From IMG/VR virus record IMGVR_UViG_3300049489_001135, positions 1 through 55,003 of that record: DNA of 55,003 nt. The stretch is one strand, 5' to 3'. This DNA is from a virus (lineage: Duplodnaviria > Caudoviricetes). The position numbers were made by a program, and so were the translations under genes. Positions within the stretch are counted from its first letter, which is position 1. Every line of letters begins with the position of its first letter. Shown piece by piece: positions 16,932 through 26,776 of the stretch. A model generated the notes under the pieces. The model was given only the letters and a program-made list of their open reading frames with translations. It ran no database searches and had not been told where the DNA came from.

Positions 16932-17140
16932 AACGTTCAGAAATGGTAGATAAAGTGATAGAGTTTTTAAACCTTTGTTTTGAGGGCGAAGGTAATCAAG
17001 GCAGACAATATACAGCATCTGCACTTGTAAGTTTATTTGAAAAAGAAGGCATGTTGCCGCCATTCAGCCAAAAAGTTTATCAAAAAAATTGTAAAATTTT
17101 ACAAGAGCCACATGGCAATAGTTGGGATGAGGAAGCATGA
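16928..17140 (+). CDS. hypothetical protein
   Basis: ATGA-coupled. Confidence 0.7.
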   Translation: MKRSEMVDKVIEFLNLCFEGEGNQGRQYTASALVSLFEKEGMLPPFSQKVYQKNCKILQEPHGNSWDEEA

Positions 17141-17496
17141 ATGTTGTAAAAAATGAAATGACTTTTTTTGTAGATATCGACGAAACTTTAGTAAAATGGT
17201 CTCGCAATGAAAGGGGTGCTATGACTATAATTGACCCAAATGATGGTGTTCAAAATAGAGTAGTGCCTCACTGGCCGCACATTAAAATTCTAAAAAACAA
17301 AAAAACTCGAGGTGCTCATGTTGTTGTTTGGTCTGCTGGTGGTTATGCTTGGGCTGAAGCTGTGGTTACTGCCTTGGGTTTACAAAATTATGTCGACCAA
17401 ATTATGACTAAACCTAGTTCTTATATGGACGATAAGATAGCAACAGAGTTCATGGGAGAAAGAATTTATTTGCCAATTGATAGCAATTATAGGTGA
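17137..17496 (+). CDS. capless HAD-superfamily phosphatase
   Basis: FVDIDETL, VWSAGG, K, YMDD. Confidence 0.8.
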   Translation: MNVVKNEMTFFVDIDETLVKWSRNERGAMTIIDPNDGVQNRVVPHWPHIKILKNKKTRGAHVVVWSAGGYAWAEAVVTALGLQNYVDQIMTKPSSYMDDKIATEFMGERIYLPIDSNYR

Positions 17497-17499
17497 TTT

Positions 17500-17844
17500 A
17501 TGTGCACTGCGCGATTTGATATTAATACAGGCATAAAAGAATATACCGTTGAACAAATTAATTTACATATTAAATATGGATATAAATTTGAAAGTTGGGA
17601 AATATCTAATGCATTTTATGTATTATTTAACGGAACTTTAACCAACTGTAATGAAAAAATTTTAGCAAGTACTATGATAAATAAACTAGAAAATTTGCTA
17701 AGTACATTGGAATTTAATAGTATTGATTTTAAAAAAATGATTGATAAAGACGATGAACTGGCTTATATAGCAGCTCATACTTTCTTAAAAGCTTGTTTAA
17801 ATACAGCTAAAAAACATCCAAGTACTTTTTTATATATTTATTGA
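17500..17844 (+). CDS. hypothetical protein
   Basis: RBS AGGTG. Confidence 0.65.
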   Translation: MCTARFDINTGIKEYTVEQINLHIKYGYKFESWEISNAFYVLFNGTLTNCNEKILASTMINKLENLLSTLEFNSIDFKKMIDKDDELAYIAAHTFLKACLNTAKKHPSTFLYIY

Positions 17845-17869
17845 CAAACTATATAACTTATTATATGCT
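17841..17869 (+). promoter_or_regulatory. sigma70-type promoter
   Basis: TTGACA-17 bp-TATGCT. Confidence 0.7.
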
Positions 17870-17924
17870 TAAACCACTGCAATAAAGCAGTCAAAAAGAC
17901 ATGGGCATAGCCCTAGGAGAAAAT

Positions 17925-18338
17925 ATGCAGCAAAATACAGAAACCAAATTTGAGAGCACCACTAAGTCACAAAGCACTGCTGGAAATGGCAAATTACTTA
18001 TTGTGCGCGGCGGTCAAATTTTAAGCAAAAATGCCGCAGGTGAACAAATCAAGAGCCCGCTACTTACTGGCGAAGAAAATGCTTTAACTGGCATTTACGA
18101 AGGCTCTGTGCCAAATAAGTTTGATGAGACAAAATCAGACCAAAAAATTCGCATGGAAGATGGAACTCTAGTTATTTTGTCTGAAACTGCCAATTTAAAG
18201 CGTGGTTTTGCTAATGTAACGGAAGGCGAGTTGGTTCGCGTAGTGTACGGTGGCAAGCGTAAAATGACTAAAGGCGCTAATGCTGGAAAGTCTGTCCATG
18301 ATTTTGACGTTCAAAGAGCCGTAAACGTAGAAGATTAA
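17925..18338 (+). CDS. putative OB-fold single-stranded DNA-binding protein
   Basis: Own promoter and terminator just before polA; G.Y.G...GELVRVVYGGK...HDFDV pattern. Confidence 0.45.
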   Translation: MQQNTETKFESTTKSQSTAGNGKLLIVRGGQILSKNAAGEQIKSPLLTGEENALTGIYEGSVPNKFDETKSDQKIRMEDGTLVILSETANLKRGFANVTEGELVRVVYGGKRKMTKGANAGKSVHDFDVQRAVNVED

Positions 18339-18362
18339 TAGCCAACCTAGTGTACCAATATG

Positions 18363-18394
18363 AGCCATCTTTAGAAATAAAGGTGGCTTTTTTT
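18363..18394 (+). terminator. Rho-independent terminator
   Basis: AGCCATCTTTA-GAAA-TAAAGGTGGCT then T-run. Confidence 0.85.
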
Positions 18395-18417
18395 ATTTAA
18401 TGTGGTAGGCTTAAAGC

Positions 18418-20637
18418 ATGATTATAAAAAACCAGTTTCAATTACATGCTTTGTTGCAGTTTATTGATAATAATGATATTTTAGCCTACGATATTGAAAC
18501 TACAGGATTGTCAACTCGCAAAGATAGCATTATTGGCTACGCAATTGCAAACGACAAGCAAGGTTTTTATGTGCCAGTTAAAGCCTGGAATAAAGCTACT
18601 GAAACGCTAGACAACTGTGGCATTTCCCTTGACTCCCATTTCTTGGTGCTACAAAAATTAGCAACTAAAAAACTTTTAGCCTTTAACGCGGCTTTCGATT
18701 TGCCGTTTACGAAAAACAATTTAGGCGTAGATTTACTGCCTAGCCTATATGCCGACGTTATGCTTATGAGTCATACCGCCGACGAAAACCGCAAAAGCTA
18801 TGCATTAAAAGAAATTGCTGCCGATATGTATGGCAAGCAAGCAAAAGATGAACAAGCCGATATGCTTGCAAGTATTAAGGCTAATGGTGGTACGGCAAAA
18901 GAATATTTTAAAGCTGACTTAGAGCCTATGGCTATTTATGCCGTGAAAGATGCTGTGCTTACTGCAAAACTTTATTATGATTTACTGCCGTTACTTGAGC
19001 AAGATGGGCTAGTTGATTTCTTTTTTGAGCAAGAAGTTATGCCGTTATATCGTGAAGTAACCATACCCATGGAGCAGACTGGCATTGCACTTGACTTGCC
19101 TTATATGCGCAGCACGCTAGAAGAAATTACAGTAGATATTGAAAAACTTGAGGCACGTATCCAAGCTGCAATTGCGCCGCACTTGGGCATTTTTGAGCAG
19201 TGGTTTTTGAGGAAAGATTTTCCCTATACACGCAGTGGAGCGTTTCTGCAAATGGCTATTACGTACTATAAGGGAGATTTGCCTAAAACAACTAGTGGTG
19301 CATATAGTGTAGCAGCAAAAAACATAGAAAACATGGCACCTGGACTATTGCGTGAATTTTTACTTGGTAATGCTGAATTGCCCGAAAAAGATATTGTAGC
19401 AATTCAACGCCAATTGTGGGCAGCGGAAAATCGCAAGTACATGTTTAATCTAAACAGCAGGCATCACCTTAAGAAACTATTTTTTGATACGCTAGGTGAA
19501 AAAACTATTAACCGCACACCTACTGGCCAAAATCAAGCAGACGAAGAGTTTGTGTCTTCTATGACTGGCAAATATGAGTGGACTAAAGATTTATTAGTAT
19601 ACTATAAACTTGTTAAGCTAAAAGGCACATATATTGAGCGATTTTTAGAGGAGCAGGAAAACGGTCGATTCTACCCCCGATTCTTGCAGCATAGAACTGT
19701 GTCGGGCCGCATGTCTGGCGATTTCCAGCAGTTACCTAGGCCCGTAGAAGATGCAGATGAAAATGATTTAGTAGCACGCTATACAAATCGCATTAGAAAT
19801 TTTTTTATTGCCGATGAAGGTTCGGTGCTAATTGACGCCGACTATGAGTCATTAGAGCCGCACATTTTTGCTCACGTTAGCAACGACGAATCAATTAAAA
19901 ATATTTTCCGCAAAGGGCTGGATTTTTATTCAGAAATTGCTATTAAGACCGAATCTATTCAAGATATGTCTGCTGATAAAAAAGCACCGAATTATCTTGG
20001 CAAACTAGACAAGCCGCGCAGACAAACGGCTAAAGCCTACGCTCTAGGCATTGCATATGGTCTGACCGGATATAAGCTTCAATATGAGCTAAACATACCA
20101 CTACCGCAGGCAGAAAAGCTTGTTAAAGGATATTTGGATGCGTTTCCAAGCCTGCATGCGGCCATGAAACAATCGCACATGCAGTGTTTAGAGCAGGGGT
20201 ATGTAAAAACCCAGGCAGGTCGCATTCGTCGTTTCCCTCGTGCTATAGAAATTTACCAAAAATATGGCAAGGTAATTTTAGACGATTTAGAATTATGGAA
20301 AGCCTTGCACGACAGTCCAGGACTTTATGAGCGTGCTAAAGTTGAGCGTAGAGAGCTAAAGAACTATCTTAATAACGCATTTAACGTGCAGATTCAAGGG
20401 CTGGCTAGCAGTGTTGTGAATAAAGCATCTATCTTGCTTGCAAAAGCATTTAAGCATCAAAATATTCTAGCAATCATTGTAGCAAATGTGCACGATGAGC
20501 TACTTGTAAGTTGTAAGGCAGAATTTGCTACTCAAGCAGCCGAAATTATGCAACAAATCATGGAACATAATCCAGAAATTTCAATTCCTTTAAAAGCCGT
20601 GCCGAATATCGGCCAACGTTATGGAGAGATAAAATAA
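18418..20637 (+). CDS. polA: family A DNA polymerase with 3'-5' exonuclease
   Basis: ExoI DIETTG, ExoII FNAAFD, ExoIII YAVKD; motif A DYESLE, motif B KAYALGIAYG, motif C VHDE. Confidence 0.95.
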   Translation: MIIKNQFQLHALLQFIDNNDILAYDIETTGLSTRKDSIIGYAIANDKQGFYVPVKAWNKATETLDNCGISLDSHFLVLQKLATKKLLAFNAAFDLPFTKNNLGVDLLPSLYADVMLMSHTADENRKSYALKEIAADMYGKQAKDEQADMLASIKANGGTAKEYFKADLEPMAIYAVKDAVLTAKLYYDLLPLLEQDGLVDFFFEQEVMPLYREVTIPMEQTGIALDLPYMRSTLEEITVDIEKLEARIQAAIAPHLGIFEQWFLRKDFPYTRSGAFLQMAITYYKGDLPKTTSGAYSVAAKNIENMAPGLLREFLLGNAELPEKDIVAIQRQLWAAENRKYMFNLNSRHHLKKLFFDTLGEKTINRTPTGQNQADEEFVSSMTGKYEWTKDLLVYYKLVKLKGTYIERFLEEQENGRFYPRFLQHRTVSGRMSGDFQQLPRPVEDADENDLVARYTNRIRNFFIADEGSVLIDADYESLEPHIFAHVSNDESIKNIFRKGLDFYSEIAIKTESIQDMSADKKAPNYLGKLDKPRRQTAKAYALGIAYGLTGYKLQYELNIPLPQAEKLVKGYLDAFPSLHAAMKQSHMQCLEQGYVKTQAGRIRRFPRAIEIYQKYGKVILDDLELWKALHDSPGLYERAKVERRELKNYLNNAFNVQIQGLASSVVNKASILLAKAFKHQNILAIIVANVHDELLVSCKAEFATQAAEIMQQIMEHNPEISIPLKAVPNIGQRYGEIK

Positions 20638-21026
20638 TGGGCACAGAATATCGTGGATTTGAAAAATTACTTACAAATGGTATTCCAATTGAGCAAAAAG
20701 AAAGGTTATTAAATATGCAAGACACCATACACATACAGGGCTACAAAGCCAAAATTATTAGCCGAAATTATCAAAATGGCCAAGTAACTTTTGAGTTTGA
20801 CCACGCAGTGCCGCCGGGCTATACTGTAGTAAATATTATGACCTTTGAGCAGCTAGAAAAAGTACGTGACCCAGATTTGATAGCAGGTTATTGGGGCGGG
20901 ATGGATTTTGGTGGTGATATTAATAGTCCTTTACGCTGTACTTGTGGTAATGATTCTTTAGCAGCGGGAAACAAAGGAAAACATAGCACTTGGTGTGATA
21001 AATATAGCAAATGGAGTGACCAATGA
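20637..21026 (+). CDS. hypothetical protein with C-terminal CxC...HxxxC metal-binding motif
   Basis: CTCG...HSTWC. Confidence 0.65.
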   Translation: MGTEYRGFEKLLTNGIPIEQKERLLNMQDTIHIQGYKAKIISRNYQNGQVTFEFDHAVPPGYTVVNIMTFEQLEKVRDPDLIAGYWGGMDFGGDINSPLRCTCGNDSLAAGNKGKHSTWCDKYSKWSDQ

Positions 21027-21430
21027 ATTTTAAATCATTATTTTTCCCCGCATTAGCTGCTATAGTTGCAGGCCTACTAGTGCACTACTTCCTGCCCAGA
21101 ATCGAGACTAAAACCGTGACACAGACGCGAACAGTTGTACAAACAGACGTGCGTACAATAACTAAAATTGTAGAGCGTCCTGATGGCACTAAAGAAACTA
21201 CTATAGATAGCACGGACCGTAGTACCAAAAATGCATCAAAATCAAAAGTAAGCACAAAATATAGCACCAAAAATTGGCATATATCAGCCGCATATTTAAC
21301 AGATTTTACTGCAAAAGAAGTGCCAGTGTATCAAATTGAAGCGCAAATGAGAATTTTAGGCCCTTTTTACGCAGGTGCTTTACTTTCTTCCGAGCACAAA
21401 GTAGGATTAGTTATTGGATTAGAATTTTAA
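21023..21430 (+). CDS. exported/membrane protein (spanin-like role possible)
   Basis: N-terminal TM, Thr-rich linker, beta-rich C-terminus ending in aromatic residue (GLEF). Confidence 0.55.
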   Translation: MNFKSLFFPALAAIVAGLLVHYFLPRIETKTVTQTRTVVQTDVRTITKIVERPDGTKETTIDSTDRSTKNASKSKVSTKYSTKNWHISAAYLTDFTAKEVPVYQIEAQMRILGPFYAGALLSSEHKVGLVIGLEF

Positions 21431-21461
21431 TGCCTAATAAGACAGAAAGTAGGAGTAAAAT

Positions 21462-21826
21462 ATGAAATTAGATGCAAGTGAAATTGAAATAAATGGGGTA
21501 AAATATGTGCCAAAATCTTCACAAGATGCGCAAGTTATGGCAAAAAATACTGATGGTTTAAGTTATGTAATTATTCGGAGCCAATCAGCAGGCGTATTTG
21601 CGGGGTATCTAAGCAAAAGAACTGGCGACGAAGCAGTATTATTAGAAAGCCGACGAATTTTTTATTGGACTGGCGCAGCAACTTTGTCACAATTAGCTAT
21701 TGATGGAACTTCTATTCCAACAAAATGTCAATTTCCAGAAGCAATTTCAAGCCATACAATATTGCAAGTTATTGAAGTAATTCCTGTAACAGAAAAAGCA
21801 AAAAAATCTATTGAGAGTGTAAAAGT

Positions 21827-21839
<13 letters not shown>
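21462..21839 (+). CDS. DUF6948-like protein
   Basis: YVIIRSQSAGVFAG...RRIFYWTGAATLSQLA.DG...IEVIP. Confidence 0.7.
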
Positions 21840-22156
<317 letters not shown>

Positions 22157-22161
22157 AATAT

Positions 22162-22190
22162 TTGACAAATAGGCTACAACAAGATAGTAT
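22162..22190 (+). promoter_or_regulatory. sigma70-type promoter
   Basis: TTGACA-17 bp-TAGTAT. Confidence 0.6.
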
Positions 22191-22217
22191 AAATTAAGTA
22201 CAAAATTTGGAGTAACT

Positions 22218-22403
22218 GTGGCATATAAATTTATAAAAACAATTGACCCGAAAAATAAGCATAGTTTAGCAAACATTGTATTTGAATTGCCAGAAAATGA
22301 CTATGATTTAACAAAATTGCTAGAAGAATTTCGATGCTTTTTAGCAGCTTGTAGTTTTTCTGTGCCTGGAACCATTGAATATATTGAGCAGGAGGAGGAT
22401 TAA
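22218..22403 (+). CDS. hypothetical protein
   Basis: RBS GGAG, GTG start. Confidence 0.65.
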   Translation: MAYKFIKTIDPKNKHSLANIVFELPENDYDLTKLLEEFRCFLAACSFSVPGTIEYIEQEED

Positions 22404-22464
22404 ATGCCTATTGCAGCAAATTTATTAGCAATATTATACAAGAAAAAACGGAGCAAAAAATAGT

Positions 22465-22656
22465 ATGGAAATTTTAGGAATAGGTTGTATTTTTATTGTT
22501 GGAATAGCGCTGTTTTTAATGTTAATGTGTATAATTGGAACATTGATTGATAATCATGAAAAAACAAAAACATTGTGGAACGATAGTTCAATTGTTTGGC
22601 AAAAACTTAATCAACTAGAACATAAAACTAATAAGCAAAAACGGAGCAAAAAATGA
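22465..22656 (+). CDS. small membrane protein
   Basis: N-terminal TM helix. Confidence 0.6.
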   Translation: MEILGIGCIFIVGIALFLMLMCIIGTLIDNHEKTKTLWNDSSIVWQKLNQLEHKTNKQKRSKK

Positions 22657-22862
22657 TAGTACGAATATACTCTAAGCATGCCGTACTTGATGAAGCAACC
22701 ACGAACTATACCGATGTTTATGGCAGCGAATATACTATAAGCAATAATGTATTGCAAATTTTAAGGCCTACTGATGAGCGCGGAACGTTGCATGTACCGT
22801 TAAATAATATAGGTGCTTTTTTGGTGCTAGATGAAACAAAATTTGGAGCAGAACATGGATGA
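22653..22862 (+). CDS. hypothetical protein
   Basis: ATGA-coupled, RBS GGAG. Confidence 0.65.
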   Translation: MIVRIYSKHAVLDEATTNYTDVYGSEYTISNNVLQILRPTDERGTLHVPLNNIGAFLVLDETKFGAEHG

Positions 22863-22974
22863 TAAAATAGTATTAATTATCGTTTGGAGCGGTTTAATTG
22901 GTTATTGTATTGGCAAAATAATTTTTTAATATGGTATATTATATGCCATATTATGCAGAAAATAGGAGCAAAGT

Positions 22975-23334
22975 ATGAAGTTAAAAATTCAACGCATGTC
23001 AGGCCTACCTGCTGACCCAGAAGATGCTCGCAAATTTGATGAAGAATTTCGTGTAGGGTATGTAGCAGCGGAAACCAAAAATGCAAAATCAACAAACGAA
23101 AATGGCACTATAAATTTAATGTCAGTAGATATGCTTTCTATGCAAGCTGATGTACAAGTGCTTGAGGAAAGTTTGCGTGAAAAATACAAGATACAAGGTG
23201 AATGTGATTTTCCTGTAAATGCAGAAGCATGGCAGGCGCTTATTAAACAATATGGCTCGGCACTTATGCTTGCACCATCAAGAGCAAATCCAGAAGAGTT
23301 AATTTTGGTAGTTATGGATGTGCCACTTGATTAA
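22975..23334 (+). CDS. hypothetical protein
   Basis: RBS AGGAG. Confidence 0.7.
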   Translation: MKLKIQRMSGLPADPEDARKFDEEFRVGYVAAETKNAKSTNENGTINLMSVDMLSMQADVQVLEESLREKYKIQGECDFPVNAEAWQALIKQYGSALMLAPSRANPEELILVVMDVPLD

Positions 23335-23605
23335 CGATATTGCAATATGGGCGTTATCATTAGCAGTAATTATATTGGCCATTAATTTAATATTACTAAA
23401 AAAACAATTAAACATAATATACAAAGATTTTCATGATAAAATTAAATATATAGAACAAAAAATTCAACAATTAGAATATGAATCAAGTTCTATGCGTTCA
23501 AGAGTCCAAAGAGATGCACAATATACAACAGATGTATACATTATGATAAAAAAGCAAAAACAAATTATTGCAGAACTATGCGATTTTGTGTATAAAGATA
23601 ATTAG
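23318..23605 (+). CDS. membrane-anchored coiled-coil protein
   Basis: N-terminal TM then coiled coil. Confidence 0.6.
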   Translation: MCHLINDIAIWALSLAVIILAINLILLKKQLNIIYKDFHDKIKYIEQKIQQLEYESSSMRSRVQRDAQYTTDVYIMIKKQKQIIAELCDFVYKDN

Positions 23606-23701
23606 TAGCAAATTTGGCGGCCAGTAGCCAAAACAAAGCTGGACGATTATTGCACATCGTAGGTGCAACTGAGGACCGCCGTTCCAAGACACAGAAACGG
23701 T

Positions 23702-23850
23702 ACGTGTAGCGGCGTGGAATAGCTGCCTAGCCTGACCACTTAAATGTGAGGGCTTTCAAGGCTGGAGACACGCACTTATACCAAAGATTTGCCTACGGGT
23801 ACTGAATGCAATGGCAAAAGCCAGAGTCACGACTGGCCTACACGTTTTTT
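23702..23850 (+). ncRNA. tRNA-like structured RNA candidate
   Basis: ACGTGTAG (23702-09) pairs with CTACACGT (23838-45); adjacent GCCAG/CTGGC arm; GCGTG/CACGC and TTTGCC/GGCAAA stems; 3' T-run. Confidence 0.5.
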
Positions 23851-24128
23851 CTTGCAAGTATTTTCTGCCTGAAGCTGACAGGCTTAAAAAGATGAGATTA
23901 TACTGGTGGTTCCGCAGTATAAAGGCGTCTTGGAGTTTTTTAAAGGATTTTATGAACATTAGACCTAAAAGAAAACGCGGCTATTATAGGGCATTAAAAA
24001 GACAAGAGCCTTGGGCTTTAAGAGAAAAAATGATGAAAGATTGTATGAATGCCTTAAACAAAACACTGTATACTGATGCAATAAGATACACTATGACAGG
24101 TATTTCTGAAACGATTCAATCCAAATAG
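23811..24128 (+). CDS. hypothetical protein (true start probably MRLYWW near 23892)
   Basis: Last + strand ORF; its listed 5' part overlaps the structured RNA. Confidence 0.45.
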   Translation: MAKARVTTGLHVFSCKYFLPEADRLKKMRLYWWFRSIKASWSFLKDFMNIRPKRKRGYYRALKRQEPWALREKMMKDCMNALNKTLYTDAIRYTMTGISETIQSK

Positions 24129-24561
24129 TTACACAAATTTCGTATTTTTCTTCGCTGCTACATCGTTTTGCACTATTTAAGCTTATAAGGTACTTGTCAT
24201 CAGCATTTAAATTGGGGCAACCATATGGAAAACTTTGCACATGATACTTAGGCAAAAATATCAAATCTGTCAAAATTTTTTCTACGTTTGTTATGTCAAA
24301 CATTTTGCTACTAATTAGTCCCCTTTGGTTGCAAAATATCTGCCTTGGATATTTACATACTATCTGCATCCGATACACATGCTTTTCGGCATCAAAATTT
24401 GCACGCAAATCAGCTAAAGCCGTCTGAGCGTCTGGCTTAGATAACTCAAATAGCGCAGAAGATTCCCACTCACGATAGGCAGCGGTTTTGCGACTATGGT
24501 CTTTATAATACATTGCATTTACTGAGAAAGGTTTAAGGGCCAGTTTAAAATTTCGTCTCAA
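24091..24561 (-). CDS. RusA-like Holliday junction resolvase
   Basis: PFSVNAMY...DITNVEKILTD...DDKY. Confidence 0.7.
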   Translation of the reverse strand: MRRNFKLALKPFSVNAMYYKDHSRKTAAYREWESSALFELSKPDAQTALADLRANFDAEKHVYRMQIVCKYPRQIFCNQRGLISSKMFDITNVEKILTDLIFLPKYHVQSFPYGCPNLNADDKYLISLNSAKRCSSEEKYEICVTIWIESFQKYLS

Positions 24562-24604
24562 ACGGCCCCCAGAAGTAGCGTTGCACTACTATTGCGCAAC
24601 TATA

Positions 24605-24632
24605 AGTATATCTTATGGCATGGTTATTGCAA
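24605..24632 (-). promoter_or_regulatory. sigma70-type promoter overlapped by an opposite-strand sigma54 motif
   Basis: TTGCAA-16 bp-TATACT on -; TGGCATGGTTATTGCA at 24616-24631 on +. Confidence 0.55.
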
Positions 24633-24887
24633 GACTTTTTTGCGTTTTTTGGTCTTTTTTCTTGCATTTTTCTTCCGTGCCACACTTTTAGGCATAGATT
24701 TAGCCTGAAAATCTGGGTATAAGGCTCGCTTTACCACTAAAAGTATATCATCGTCAACGTGATTGTCTGTGCTTTTAGAAACTTTTTCTAGGCCCAATAT
24801 AAGTACGTCTTTTAGCAAACGTTCGGTCACTAGGCTTACTAGCAAATGTTGTAGCGCGGTCCGTAGCAGCGAAAACATAAAAATCAT
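24624..24887 (-). CDS. small protein with amphipathic N-terminus and basic tail (lysis-associated?)
   Basis: KSTDNHVDD motif; position at the end of the late operon. Confidence 0.55.
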   Translation of the reverse strand: MIFMFSLLRTALQHLLVSLVTERLLKDVLILGLEKVSKSTDNHVDDDILLVVKRALYPDFQAKSMPKSVARKKNARKKTKKRKKVLQ

Positions 24888-25696
24888 TTTTTGCCTTTTG
24901 CTAAGTTAGCTTCTTGCATACGCTTAAGTACTTCTGCAGCACTTTGCCGATTAGTGGCAGGTTTAATACCACGTGGCACAATTTCACTAGCACCTTGTAT
25001 AATTTTAGCACCAGGAATATTAACTGCCATGGTTTTATCTATAGTTGGAGGGTTAATAAGTGGCACGATTTCTTTTCCACCTTTTAGCACTCTAGTAGCA
25101 TCTGACTGCACTGGCACTCTAGCACCTGCCAATATAGTTCTTTCAATAGGTATATTTCTTGTAACAGTGTTATCTAGTCCCGCAAGTGCTTTATTTACAT
25201 TTTGTGCACTAGCCTTGCCTACCGCATTTAAAGTGCTAATGTCTCCAGTTGCTAAAATACTTGATGCAATAGACTTAGCAATTGCTTGAGATTCAGGGTT
25301 TATTAGCGGCTTTAAATATTTTAATTTTGGACTTGGAAAAGCAATGTCTGCTGCATATCCTATGTCTTTAGCAAGTCCCTCATTTTGCATACTTTCTGGC
25401 AATTTTTTATTCAATCTTACGCCAATATCTGCAAAACTTTCTGCATTACCAGCACCTCCAGACAATATATCAGCAGCTTTTGTTGCATATTCTTGAGGCT
25501 TATTAAGCACCGTAAGTACTGGCATGGCTTTTTGCAATGATGGTGCTGCACGCTCGATTATAGGTGCTGCGTAAGTTGCAGCTTTTTTGCCTAATAATTC
25601 AAACATGCTTTTTTCTTGCTTAGATTCAGGCTTTTTAGCAGCGCTTTGTAGCACGTCAAGAGCTTTTTTTGTTAAATCAGCCACTATTTCCCCCAA
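24884..25696 (-). CDS. hypothetical protein
   Basis: 270-aa ORF coupled to neighbours. Confidence 0.7.
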   Translation of the reverse strand: MGEIVADLTKKALDVLQSAAKKPESKQEKSMFELLGKKAATYAAPIIERAAPSLQKAMPVLTVLNKPQEYATKAADILSGGAGNAESFADIGVRLNKKLPESMQNEGLAKDIGYAADIAFPSPKLKYLKPLINPESQAIAKSIASSILATGDISTLNAVGKASAQNVNKALAGLDNTVTRNIPIERTILAGARVPVQSDATRVLKGGKEIVPLINPPTIDKTMAVNIPGAKIIQGASEIVPRGIKPATNRQSAAEVLKRMQEANLAKGKK

Positions 25697-25929
25697 ATCC
25701 AGGCCAGCGAGCTAATAAATGCACCAACCGCTCCAAAAAATGCAAGCAATTTTGTAGCACCACGAACCTGCTCAACATGTTTAACAATGGGCACCAATTC
25801 ATCTTCAATTTGATTCGTACGTGCTATGTGAAATTCTAATTCACTATTATATTTGCCAAGTCGCACATCAATGCTAGCCAATTTTTCGTCAATTTTATCT
25901 AGTTTATCTAATATTCTAGAGTCATCCAT
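25684..25929 (-). CDS. holin-like coiled-coil protein with C-terminal TM
   Basis: Coiled coil then LLAFFGAVGAFISSLAWIW. Confidence 0.55.
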   Translation of the reverse strand: MDDSRILDKLDKIDEKLASIDVRLGKYNSELEFHIARTNQIEDELVPIVKHVEQVRGATKLLAFFGAVGAFISSLAWIWGK

Positions 25930-26407
25930 TGGCTTTCCTTTGTAATAAATCTTGCAATATTTGTACAGGAGATTTCATGCCGTAGTATTGGCCAGTTAAC
26001 GCTCCAAGCACTTCACAACAAAAATATTTTTTAGTACTTTCTAGTTTGTTTTTGGCAGGTAGTGTAGCACCAAAATACGAAAGAAAAATTCGAAACGCAA
26101 GATAAAATACACCTAAATAGTCGTACTTTTTACCGACCATTTGTCTAAATTTATTAGCAATTATTTGGTATTCCGTGCTCTTAAGAGGAACTCTAGCAAC
26201 TTCTGAATGCAATTTTGACCATTTTTCGTAACTAAGTACTGTAACTCCACTGTGTCCAGTAGATTCATGGACCCATCTTTTGTTTACTAAAAGTGCAACA
26301 TGACTTGTTAATGGTTGATTTTTTGCCATATGCTTGGTCCCATGTGCTATTATTTTAGCGCCAATTTTTGAACTATAGCTAAATAAAGCATCAACAGTAA
26401 CTATCAT
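25922..26407 (-). CDS. permuted papain-like NlpC/P60 enzyme (YiiX/YebB-like)
   Basis: SHVAL...HES...GKKYDYLG...YFCCE (His before Cys). Confidence 0.75.
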   Translation of the reverse strand: MIVTVDALFSYSSKIGAKIIAHGTKHMAKNQPLTSHVALLVNKRWVHESTGHSGVTVLSYEKWSKLHSEVARVPLKSTEYQIIANKFRQMVGKKYDYLGVFYLAFRIFLSYFGATLPAKNKLESTKKYFCCEVLGALTGQYYGMKSPVQILQDLLQRKANG

Positions 26408-26775
26408 AATTTAGCCGCTAATATCCAAAGACTATCTAACTGCGCAGAAGTCCATCCTAGCATTGCGCCCATCTGAGAAACTAAATCTCTATTACGTTGA
26501 AAAGCTATAGAGTATTCCCATTCAATTCTAGCCAACGATTTAGTAGGTTCTGGCAAAGAATTTAAGGCATCCTCTATTTGTTGTAGATTTACTCCCATTA
26601 GTATTAAAGCTTGTCTAATTTGTCTAGGAGTTACATCTGGTAAACTTGACTGCTCTATAGTAGATTTTTCTTCTTGCACTATTTCTGCAGAAAATTGTTG
26701 AGCAAATAAAATTGCATCTTGTTCTTGCAAAAACTCAGTTTTAGTATTTTCATGTGTTACAGTATATACAATCAT
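26404..26775 (-). CDS. tail-fibre-associated protein
   Basis: VTPRQIRQAL...IEWEY...LDSLW..AAKL pattern; follows a fibre gene. Confidence 0.65.
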   Translation of the reverse strand: MIVYTVTHENTKTEFLQEQDAILFAQQFSAEIVQEEKSTIEQSSLPDVTPRQIRQALILMGVNLQQIEDALNSLPEPTKSLARIEWEYSIAFQRNRDLVSQMGAMLGWTSAQLDSLWILAAKL

Positions 26776-26776
26776 A

